Shown here: one piece after another, positions 1-7,892 of the stretch
Layout of the letters: each line of letters opens with the position of its first letter
Position numbering within the stretch: position 1 is the first letter of the stretch
DNA from: a virus
Taxonomy: Duplodnaviria > Heunggongvirae > Uroviricota > Caudoviricetes
Strand: one strand, 5' to 3'
Virus record (IMG/VR): IMGVR_UViG_2585427763_000004
DNA: 47,112 bases
Notes under the pieces: model-generated
Seen by the model: only the letters and a program-made list of their open reading frames with translations
Databases searched by the model: none
Told to the model about the DNA's origin: nothing
Translations under genes and position numbers: made by a program

Positions 1-1131
1 TCAAATGACCAGTTTTTTCCATTCCTTACCGCGTGCGTCGTTGTAAATATCGGTCATTTTTTGATTCGAATGGCCCAGCAAAATTTTGGTATCAACCCCC
101 TGCTCTCTGAACAATCGCTCTGATAAAGATCTCTGCTCATGGAAAGAGGGTGGGGTGCCATTAGCACGCCAGTTGTAATCCACAGAATCCCGGGCTTTTT
201 TAAATGCAACGGTTAATGTTGCTGGCTTAACCATCCCGCCGCGCTTAGCTGTCCCTTTCGCGTGATGGTGGTGCAATAGCCACGGACTAAGAACGCAATC
301 GCGGCAGGATGACACTACATCATCCAGGGTGAGATTTAATTTATCGCAACGCAGAGCCAGAGGGATGGCAATCCGGGTTCCTGTTTTTTGCTGTTCGACA
401 TGAAGATAACCATCCCGGATATCCGAAAATTGCATTTTGCAAATATCTGAAAGGCGCTGGCCTGTCATCAGTGCCAGCAGCATACCGCGCTGTAAAAAGT
501 AACCATCCTTTTCCGCTGCGTTATAAATCATCATCCACTCATCAAAAGTCAGTCGCTGTCTTGATATCCGCACCTGCGGTTTTTTTGCCGATTCTGCAGG
601 GTTAAAGCCTGGCGGGACATCGCCCGTTTGCTGAGCTTCCCGGAAAACATCGATCAGTACTTTCCTGAAAATTTGTCCCATTCTGTTATGTCCTCTGGCC
701 TTGTACTCTTCCAGTACTGATACCACATCTTTTACGGTTATGGCATCTAACGGTCTGGTGCCAAAACGTTCATCAAATACCCTGAGAGGGGCCGCTTTCT
801 GTTTCAGCGTGTTGAGTTTGATCTCGCCGTTTTCATATCTTTCCTGTTGAATTTTTCTGTAATTATTCAGAAAAATGGTAACGGTTGATGAACCGCCGGT
901 ATCACTAATAATTTTCTCCTGCAGACTGAGCATTTGTTCCATTTGCTGCCGGGCAAGACGGCTGTTCGCTTCTGCTGCAATAGTTTCTGCCAGTTTCTGG
1001 TCAATACTGCCGAGACCGTGATTTTTGCCTGTTATGGGATGCCTGTAACGCCAGTAAACTTTGTTATTTCTTTTGTCAAAATACGGAGATAATCCCGGAA
1101 CATCGGTTTTATATTTTCGCGGGCGCGCCAT
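1..1131 (-). CDS. int: Phage integrase (tyrosine site-specific recombinase)
   Basis: 376-aa ORF from the track. C-terminal region has the recombinase Arg box (QRLSDICKMQFSDI) and the His/Tyr box (LLGHSNQKMTDIYND). Overlaps the downstream excisionase ORF. Stop codon at window positions 1-3, so attL is outside the window. Confidence 0.9.
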   Translation of the reverse strand: MARPRKYKTDVPGLSPYFDKRNNKVYWRYRHPITGKNHGLGSIDQKLAETIAAEANSRLARQQMEQMLSLQEKIISDTGGSSTVTIFLNNYRKIQQERYENGEIKLNTLKQKAAPLRVFDERFGTRPLDAITVKDVVSVLEEYKARGHNRMGQIFRKVLIDVFREAQQTGDVPPGFNPAESAKKPQVRISRQRLTFDEWMMIYNAAEKDGYFLQRGMLLALMTGQRLSDICKMQFSDIRDGYLHVEQQKTGTRIAIPLALRCDKLNLTLDDVVSSCRDCVLSPWLLHHHHAKGTAKRGGMVKPATLTVAFKKARDSVDYNWRANGTPPSFHEQRSLSERLFREQGVDTKILLGHSNQKMTDIYNDARGKEWKKLVI

Positions 1132-1357
1132 CTTCCAGTATCCTCTTCAAAGCAGGGTGATCTGTGGCGATCACCTCCGGCTTGTTTACCATTCCGACAA
1201 AGCGAGCTTGCGGATCCACTCGCCAGCGTCTTCCAACTTTTTTGGGGAGAGGAAATATCATTCCGGCTTTAGCGTATTTACTTAACGTACTCGGAGTTGG
1301 GACCGGTTCACTGAATTCCTCTTTTGCCCACTCAGTGAGCAGAATAAGTCTTGCCAT
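1109..1357 (-). CDS. xis: Excisionase / recombination directionality factor
   Basis: 82-aa ORF immediately upstream of int and overlapping its start by about 22 nt, the classic xis-int arrangement. Small basic protein. Family assignment is by position and size, not by search. Confidence 0.65.
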   Translation of the reverse strand: MARLILLTEWAKEEFSEPVPTPSTLSKYAKAGMIFPLPKKVGRRWRVDPQARFVGMVNKPEVIATDHPALKRILEDGAPAKI

Positions 1358-1421
1358 GGGCGTCGTTCGCTAATCATGGTCGCCGCCACTATAGTTGGTG
1401 GGCAACGACCGGGGTTGAACA

Positions 1422-3896
1422 TTAAAAATCAGCCTGACTCGGGATCAGTTTTTGCCAGATAACTGAAACGTATTTTGCCTGGTAACGGGCGTCATCAAGT
1501 GCATTATGGCGCTCACCTTCGAATGGAATAGCCGTTCTGGCATCGAAGTCTATGGCTTTCCCCAGCTCAACGATTGTGCGTACATCGCGATCGTTGTAGT
1601 AACGCCACGGGTAGGGGATCCCCTGCCGTTCGTATGAACGGCGCAAAATCGTGTTGTCGAAGTTGGCTCCATTTCCCCAAACCTGAACAAAAAATTCACC
1701 GGAGTTTTCGTCGATAAATTCCCGCAATTGTAACAGTGCATCATCTAACGGGATTTCATCGGTCATAATGGCAGATTGCGCTTCGCGTGATTGCTTAAGC
1801 CACCATTTAATGGTGTCCCGATCAATGACTCCGCCAGCAGTTTCCAGATCGATAGTCTTACTAAATTCCGGTCCCATATCTCCGGTTTGCGGATCGAAAA
1901 ATATTGCACCTATTGAGATGATCGGGGCATCAGGATTTTTTCCCATGGTTTCAAGGTCGATCATTAGATGGTCACACGTCCTGCTGGTGGATGTGATTTC
2001 TTGATGACCGTTCACCTTAATTGAGTGATCTGCCGTCTCGCCAGTTTCATTATCGCTATCGTGATGCTGATTGCCGTCAGTGTTCTCCTTGTGTGGATGT
2101 TCAGCGCCTTCCATTTCCTCCGGATCATCTTCCTGAACTTCAACCTGATACTCTTCATCGAATGTTTCCTGGTATGTTGCGTCGCCCATCACCGCGCCAC
2201 AATCAGGGCAGTTGCCGCCGCCGGTCTGACCGCAGGCGGTGCAGACTTTTTCCACTTCCTGTTGCGCCACTGGTTCAGGCTGTTTCGTTTCTGGCTCGTT
2301 TTGTAACGCATTTGGGCTGTTTTGTTCCGCTTTCTGGCCGTTCTGTTCCGTTTCTTGCTGGTTCTGATTCACTGAATCGCGGGTTTCAATCCCCTTCACC
2401 CATTTCGGATCATTCGGGTCGCTAATCCCTGCAACAAATTCACCACGTGATACAGCAAGCAACTTATTGGCGTCAGGCTGGCTGATATTGGCTGCCTGCA
2501 TAATTTTGTTTACTTCGTCAGCGGTAACTTTTACCGGCTCTGGTTGTGCGATCGTGTCAGATGCACCAGTATTTTGTTGTGAACCTGAGTACGTGCCGTT
2601 TTTACGTGCGAAGTATTCCTCTTTTGTGATTTCCGTAGCTCCCAGGGCCAGTGCTTTTTCCAGACCAGAAAGTTTGTTTGCGCGACCGTATTTTTCGCCG
2701 TCCTTATCGGTGAAAAGGAAGTAGAACGGTCCCTCACGCTCTACAGATGGTTCGTCTTCCACTTCGCATTCGTTTTTTTCGTTGTCCGGCATTGCCGTTT
2801 CCACTGCATCAGTTTCTGGTACTGGTGACGGGAGAGTACCAGCTGTGCCCTGATTTGTTCCTTCGTCATCTTCAAACACGCCCTTGGTAGTCAGGTATTC
2901 AGTGATGTATTTGTTCAGTGCTACGGGATCTTTGTGAATGTCGATCGGACGCTCACGGACAAGGCCAAAAATAGTCTGACGGTCGTAGCGAACGGCATCG
3001 GGTTGTTTGCGCATTGATGCGGAAATGCGCTTCCAGTCTTCGCGATCTTTGTCGATAACTTCATTTTTTGCCCAGCGATGGATGCTGCCGTCAATGTTTC
3101 CGGTATCAATATCGCCAGGCCAGAGAGCGTAGGCCAGTTCTTCATCCAGCGTTTTCCATGTCTGCTTGTATTCGCGACAAATGGCGGCAGTGACTGGGTT
3201 GATTTTTCCTGCTGAGTTTTCAGTGTTCTGTTGATTGACTCTGGCGCTGGCGAGATCAACAACAGACGTGTATTTTCCAGTCTCTTTGCGCTCTGCGTCC
3301 TGCCGTTTTTTCCAGTTACGTAATTCAGCCTGAATTTCGGGCCATTTGGCACCCGGATTACATTTGTGTTTAACCCATCCGATAGCGAACAGTTTGCGTT
3401 CCGGATACATAGCGTTAATTTCAGGCGTTTTCATCAGTGCTTCAACGATATGCCCGTCAAAGGTAGCAACGTCTTCCTGCAGTAATTCCTGCGCGTCAAT
3501 CGCCATATCAACGGTGATGTTTTCACATGTACCGAACTTAACCAGGACCGCGTTCTGTACTTCAAGGGACAGCTTGTCAAAATTGACGTTCATCGGATCG
3601 GATTCTGGTTCGACCGGAATAAAGGAAGCGGATTCCTCATCCCAGCGGTTTTCCTGCATATATTCAGCATCCCAGGAATCGAGGGCAGGGCGGGGTATAC
3701 CGGGTTTATCCTCGCAGACAAGAAATTTATAAGCGCAGTCCTGAGCAGCCGGATAATGTTCCAGGAATTGCCAGTGAAATTTTGCGCGGGCGCGACGTTC
3801 ATCACCGGCTTCAATGGCAGTGGCTACAGCGACGGCACCTTCTTCCTTTATTGCCTGTTCGTCCGGAATGGCGGCGCAAATAAAGACTTTACTCAT
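1422..3896 (-). CDS. Large exonuclease (annotated in related prophages as exodeoxyribonuclease VIII-like) with C-terminal DnaQ-like DEDDh 3'-5' exonuclease domain
   Basis: 824-aa ORF. C-terminal about 180 aa carries motifs DLETMG (Exo I), WGNGANFD (Exo II) and HNALDDARYQ (Exo III). Central CxxC...CxxC element (CTACGQTGGGNCPDCG) and a Q/E/N-rich acidic linker. Sits in the lambda exo/bet position. Confidence 0.7.
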   Translation of the reverse strand: MSKVFICAAIPDEQAIKEEGAVAVATAIEAGDERRARAKFHWQFLEHYPAAQDCAYKFLVCEDKPGIPRPALDSWDAEYMQENRWDEESASFIPVEPESDPMNVNFDKLSLEVQNAVLVKFGTCENITVDMAIDAQELLQEDVATFDGHIVEALMKTPEINAMYPERKLFAIGWVKHKCNPGAKWPEIQAELRNWKKRQDAERKETGKYTSVVDLASARVNQQNTENSAGKINPVTAAICREYKQTWKTLDEELAYALWPGDIDTGNIDGSIHRWAKNEVIDKDREDWKRISASMRKQPDAVRYDRQTIFGLVRERPIDIHKDPVALNKYITEYLTTKGVFEDDEGTNQGTAGTLPSPVPETDAVETAMPDNEKNECEVEDEPSVEREGPFYFLFTDKDGEKYGRANKLSGLEKALALGATEITKEEYFARKNGTYSGSQQNTGASDTIAQPEPVKVTADEVNKIMQAANISQPDANKLLAVSRGEFVAGISDPNDPKWVKGIETRDSVNQNQQETEQNGQKAEQNSPNALQNEPETKQPEPVAQQEVEKVCTACGQTGGGNCPDCGAVMGDATYQETFDEEYQVEVQEDDPEEMEGAEHPHKENTDGNQHHDSDNETGETADHSIKVNGHQEITSTSRTCDHLMIDLETMGKNPDAPIISIGAIFFDPQTGDMGPEFSKTIDLETAGGVIDRDTIKWWLKQSREAQSAIMTDEIPLDDALLQLREFIDENSGEFFVQVWGNGANFDNTILRRSYERQGIPYPWRYYNDRDVRTIVELGKAIDFDARTAIPFEGERHNALDDARYQAKYVSVIWQKLIPSQADF

Positions 3897-3975
3897 TTTG
3901 TTTTACCTCATTACAGATTTAAGGGTGAACAAATCCCTGCCATTGCTGGCATATAAAAATGAAACTGGATATTAA

Positions 3976-4185
3976 TTACGGCGCTGTTTTTAATCCTGCC
4001 GGGATTTCGTTATTGTCCATGTGAATAACTTTATCGACCGGATAACAGTTGCCGGGAATTTTCTGTTCCGCTGCGGCAGCCATGCATTCTTTCATTGAGT
4101 TGTACATGCCGGTGATTGCATCAAGCGACTCACCAGTATTGAGATGTACAGTCAGAATGAGTACGAATAATGTGTTCATCGCCAC
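3976..4185 (-). CDS. Small hypothetical protein with hydrophobic N-terminus (DUF1482-like, tentative)
   Basis: 69-aa ORF in the early-left operon. N-terminal hydrophobic stretch LFVLILTVHL. Family name recalled from memory, unverified. Confidence 0.4.
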   Translation of the reverse strand: MAMNTLFVLILTVHLNTGESLDAITGMYNSMKECMAAAAEQKIPGNCYPVDKVIHMDNNEIPAGLKTAP

Positions 4186-4364
4186 TCTCCGAAAATACCG
4201 AGTTTAAGAAGGGCAATTCTGGAGAGTATGGAATTGTCATTCAGCAGGTAGGGTTCATATTTTCTCATATTGATTGCATCCTCGGTGAAATCCCTGTTAC
4301 TGAGCAGAACACCAATATTAAAGCACCCGTCAGACGTATTAACGTTTGGTAGTGACGTTTCCAT
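4176..4364 (-). CDS. Hypothetical small protein (kil-like position)
   Basis: 62-aa ORF overlapping the upstream gene end. No recognisable motif. Called from ORF context only. Confidence 0.3.
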   Translation of the reverse strand: METSLPNVNTSDGCFNIGVLLSNRDFTEDAINMRKYEPYLLNDNSILSRIALLKLGIFGEWR

Positions 4365-4374
4365 TATCGCGTCC

Positions 4375-4932
4375 TCAACAATGAATTTTTAGCAATTGCT
4401 CCACAGTCATATTTTTAATTGCGCTCCGGTTTACAAGAGTCCATCCTTGTTTCTCCAGATAAAACCGGAAGGTATCCAGGGTGCAGACCATTGCGCCGTC
4501 AGGAACGGTTTCAGTGAATTTGATATTGCCGTGTTCGTCGAGACGGATAACCAGGGTGCGTCCGTCCCCGTGAATCATTTTGTCGGGAGACGGGGCGTTA
4601 TTCTGGCGCAGTTCTGCTTCCATGCGGTCGAACTCAGCAATGTATGCCTCTTTAAATGCAGCGGCTTTTTTGCCAGTGAAGCCCATCACCAGGAAAACGA
4701 AGCCGTTTTTGGTGATTTGGTACATTGGGAGTTTGCGCCCGGTTGAGTCGGTGTATTCGCTCGACACAAAATTGTGCTCAGTGAATTTTGCTGAACAGTC
4801 CAGATTGCGAATTTTATCCAACACTCGTTCGTGGCGTTTGCCAAAGAACTCGGCGATCGCAACAGACGTAGTGACAGCGCGACCATTTTCGATGGTTACG
4901 TCAGGGTGAGAAAGGGTAAGGATAGTAGCCAT
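4375..4932 (-). CDS. Phage regulatory protein, Rha family
   Basis: The track ORF runs 4375..5229. The Rha-like core (TTSVAIAEFFGKRHERVLDKIRNL) begins near an internal Met whose ATG is at 4932-4930, preceded by GGAGG (minus-strand sense). A rho-independent terminator for the minus strand lies at 5102-5124 inside the longer ORF, so the short start is preferred. Confidence 0.6.
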   Translation of the reverse strand: MATILTLSHPDVTIENGRAVTTSVAIAEFFGKRHERVLDKIRNLDCSAKFTEHNFVSSEYTDSTGRKLPMYQITKNGFVFLVMGFTGKKAAAFKEAYIAEFDRMEAELRQNNAPSPDKMIHGDGRTLVIRLDEHGNIKFTETVPDGAMVCTLDTFRFYLEKQGWTLVNRSAIKNMTVEQLLKIHC

Positions 4933-5101
4933 GATGGCAGCCTCCGCGATGAATTTGATTAACTCACCACCGAGGTTTTCCACGACCATAAGGGTGGTGA
5001 GACGTACAGGGGTGGAAATACCGGTCATCACGGAACCCGGCCAGCCTTGCGGCTGCCCTGCACGCCCCACCATAATGCGAATGTGGCTGTGCTTAACGCA
5101 T

Positions 5102-5124
5102 AAAAAAACCGCCTGAGCGCGGTT
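5102..5124 (-). terminator. Rho-independent terminator (minus-strand transcription)
   Basis: Plus-strand sequence AAAAAAACCGCctgagcGCGGTT. On the minus strand this reads stem AACCGC / GCGGTT followed by a U7 run. Confidence 0.45.
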
Positions 5125-5775
5125 ATGCGCCGTGAATGATTTCGGGTTTCCACGCCCGGCACCCGTTTTATGAGGTGCAGGTGCACTATAATTCCACCCG
5201 TTCTGGTTTTCAATAGCTACATTCAACATTTTCTCTACCTTTCATCACCGAAGTGAACTTTGTTGATGCGGTGCCTGGTGCCTCCAGGTGACGTTAACCA
5301 GTTAACAATTAACGTCGGATACAGAGCATTCCCGTTACGCCCGTAAAAGACCGCTTGTTTTAACTGTTCCGCGTGCGCTGAGCCGCATTCACCGCATCAC
5401 AAAATTCACTTTAAAAAGGGCGGCAGAGCAGTCACGGAGTAGAACTGATACCGCCAAAAGTCACCAGAAAATTGATAACAGAGGGCGTTGCAGCGGAGTT
5501 GTCACTTAAGCGTATGGTCAACCTGACAACCCGGTGTCCTCAACGGGGGAAGGAATAACCCCGCCATACTTACCGCCGCGCCATTTCGCGGATTGCCACA
5601 ACCGGAAGCGCACGATCGAATTAAATTTAACGACGACCTATACAGAGAGACTAACTTCTCCGGGCGCTTTCGTGTTATGCCCTGACTTTTCAGGGATATA
5701 TCCTTTTCAGTAAACTGTCAGTGCCGGATTCTTATCCGTGTCCGGCGCACGCACTCTACCTCACCTGTGAATAAA

Positions 5776-6162
5776 TTAATGATTAATTGATATTTTGTTG
5801 TTTGATTCAACTTTCCCATCGGATGTGTGATGCTTTAAATCACAGGAATTAATACTGCTCGCTGTAAAATGATTTTCAAGGGGAGCTATTCGAATCCCTT
5901 TCTTTTTCATTAACAAGCCAAATCCTTTATTAATGATGTCCATTAATTCCAGGAAGTATTTTTCATGTAAATCCTGGTTATCAGAGAGCTGCTTCTCTTC
6001 GTACAGACCGATAAAGGCACGACGCACGTTACCGGATATAGTATCGATGGTTTCTTTTTCTACGGTACTCAGGTCAAGAGTCGCCAGTTGAGAGCGAACC
6101 ACATTCGATGCCATTTCCTGGAATGGTACTGGTAAATCTTTAAATTCCATCGTCAACCTCAT
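5776..6162 (-). CDS. Hypothetical protein (early-left operon)
   Basis: 128-aa ORF. Its start overlaps the stop of the upstream 50-aa ORF (TGATG-type coupling). An alternative start at MEFK, 12 nt downstream, is possible. Confidence 0.45.
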   Translation of the reverse strand: MRLTMEFKDLPVPFQEMASNVVRSQLATLDLSTVEKETIDTISGNVRRAFIGLYEEKQLSDNQDLHEKYFLELMDIINKGFGLLMKKKGIRIAPLENHFTASSINSCDLKHHTSDGKVESNNKISINH

Positions 6163-6314
6163 CAGTCAGTGTTTCTGGTTAACCAGCGACGCGCGCCAGC
6201 TTCAGTTTTAAACGTTTTGCTTCTGGTATACGTCATCGCGGTAAACGTGCCGTCCTGGTTGGGAAACACGCCGTACACCAGAGATTCGTTGTTGCCAAGA
6301 TCGATAGTATCCAT
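6162..6314 (-). CDS. Hypothetical small protein (50 aa)
   Basis: Not in the track (<60 aa). Found by manual translation: ATG at 6314-6312 preceded by GAGG, product MDTIDLGNNESLVYGVFPNQDGTFTAMTYTRSKTFKTEAGARRWLTRNTD, stop overlapping the next ATG. Confidence 0.35.
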   Translation of the reverse strand: MDTIDLGNNESLVYGVFPNQDGTFTAMTYTRSKTFKTEAGARRWLTRNTD

Positions 6315-6567
6315 GCTGACCTCATTTCCCCTTAACGCCGGGTGGCGGAACTAAAACCTACAGCGCCGTGCTGTTCTTGATAGAAATATTAGTAACGCGG
6401 ATATTTTAAGTCAACAGTATGGCGTATGATATTTTTGATTTGGTAACTATGTAAATGTTTTTTCAAGGGAAAAATATTAGTTATACAGCTGATTTGCAGA
6501 AGTTATGGCACAAAAAAACCAACTAAGACGTCGGTTTTTTTGTTGTGGATGGGGTAGTGAGCGGTGG

Positions 6568-7029
6568 CTACTGGTTACGTTTCTTTAGTGCCAGCATGTT
6601 CTCGAAGGCTTCCTCGTAGAGCTTGTTTAGTCCACGTAGCTGGTTAAGGAGTTTGGCTTTTTCTGACGCAGGTAGAATCTCGAAGAGGTTAAGTAACTCT
6701 GCCTGTTCTTCATTGACCAGCCTCCATCCTTTGCCTGAAAAGTTATCATCATAAGTATCTGATGATCTTACATAATTCATTAAGTCTTTAAGGTCTTCTC
6801 GAATGTCCTCTGGTTTTACCTTTAACAGAGCCGCAAATTTTAGCGCAGCGTCGGTATTTACCGGTATCTTGCCGTTCAGATACTGGCTAACGGTGCCTTG
6901 AGATTCGAATCCCAACAACTCAGCCGCCAGCTCTTGAGTCAGCTTCAGCTCTTTTTTTCTTGCATTCCATGCGGCTTTTAAATTCTTGCTCGCTTCTGGA
7001 GTTGCAATCACTTCGCGTGTTTTTTTCAT
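6568..7029 (-). CDS. Prophage repressor, HTH XRE/CI-type, without S24 peptidase domain
   Basis: 153-aa ORF with an N-terminal helix-turn-helix (LTQELAAELLGFESQGTVSQYLNGK). Divergently oriented to a Cro-like gene. No Ala-Gly/Ser-Lys autocleavage module visible. Confidence 0.75.
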   Translation of the reverse strand: MKKTREVIATPEASKNLKAAWNARKKELKLTQELAAELLGFESQGTVSQYLNGKIPVNTDAALKFAALLKVKPEDIREDLKDLMNYVRSSDTYDDNFSGKGWRLVNEEQAELLNLFEILPASEKAKLLNQLRGLNKLYEEAFENMLALKKRNQ

Positions 7030-7136
7030 ACATAGAGTTTATTTGTTTTACCAATATTATCAAAGATAGCCTGGCTATTGATCTTTAAAATTAGCGGGGC
7101 TAATATTTGCTCGAGGCATAACGTAGAAGGTTGGCT
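7030..7136. promoter_or_regulatory. Divergent promoter/operator region of the immunity switch
   Basis: 107-bp intergenic region between the divergent repressor and cro-like genes. Two palindromes with the same half-site: ATAGCCtGGCTAT (7066-7078) and TTAGCgggGCTAA (7091-7103), i.e. TAGC-N3-GCTA, centres 25 bp apart. Confidence 0.5.
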
Positions 7137-7412
7137 ATGAACTTAAGAGACTATTTAAAAGAGAAACATATCACCCAGCTACAGTTTGGGAAGCTAACGG
7201 GTTTATCTCAGGTGCATGTAAGTCGAGTGCTGGGGGGCTATGAAAGATTCAGCCCTGAAAAAGCATTACGTGTTGCTGAAGTAACGAATTTCGAGGTTAC
7301 ACCTCATGAACTCCGGCCTGATATTTACCCGAATCCAACCGACGGCTTACCTGTTGGATTCAAGGCTAACACACCAAATGCATCGGAGTTGATTCATGAA
7401 AATCAGGCATGA
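7137..7412 (+). CDS. Cro-like HTH regulator (YdaS-like)
   Basis: Track ORF begins at a TTG at 7131. The ATG at 7137 is preceded by GAAGG. HTH segment QLQFGKLTGLSQVHVSRVLGG. Divergent to the repressor. Confidence 0.7.
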   Translation: MNLRDYLKEKHITQLQFGKLTGLSQVHVSRVLGGYERFSPEKALRVAEVTNFEVTPHELRPDIYPNPTDGLPVGFKANTPNASELIHENQA

Positions 7413-7821
7413 GCACATCCGCATGGCGATGAATGCCTGGGCGCATCCGGACGGTGAAAAAGTTCCGGCAGCTGAAATAACCCGGGCTTATTTTGAGCTT
7501 GGTATGACGTTCCCGGAATTATATGACGACAGCCATCCGGAAGCCCTGGCTCGCAATACCCAGAAAATTTTCCGCTGGGTGGAGAAAGACACTCCTGATG
7601 CGGTTAAAAAAATTCAGGCGTTGTTACCAGCGATCGAAAAAGCAATGCCGCCTCTGCTGGTGGCCCGAATGCGCAGCCACAGTTCAGCTTATTTTCGGGA
7701 GCTGGTGGAGACGCGGGAACGACTGGTGAGAGACGCTGATGATTTTGTCGCAGTGGCGATCGCTGGTTTCAACCAGATGAATCGTGGTGGCCCGGCGGGA
7801 AATATTGTGGTTGTGCATTGA
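7396..7821 (+). CDS. YdaT-like protein (CII-like regulator family of Rac-type prophages)
   Basis: 141-aa ORF overlapping the 3' end of the cro-like gene. Sequence resembles Rac YdaT as recalled from memory. Assignment not verified by search. Confidence 0.55.
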   Translation: MKIRHEHIRMAMNAWAHPDGEKVPAAEITRAYFELGMTFPELYDDSHPEALARNTQKIFRWVEKDTPDAVKKIQALLPAIEKAMPPLLVARMRSHSSAYFRELVETRERLVRDADDFVAVAIAGFNQMNRGGPAGNIVVVH

Positions 7822-7892
7822 CTGACAATATTCATACCGGATCGCTTCCGGTAATTCGTGAGTAAAAAGATTCGGTATCAGAAGAGGTGAGT

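Noticed and set aside
4933-5229. N-terminal 99-aa extension of the Rha-family ORF
   Set aside because: The internal ATG at 4932 has a GGAGG RBS and begins exactly at the conserved Rha core. A minus-strand terminator (5102..5124) lies inside the extension.
7131-7136. TTG start for the cro-like gene as given by the ORF track
   Set aside because: The ATG at 7137 has better RBS spacing (GAAGG, 6 nt). The TTG start would add only two residues and lacks support.
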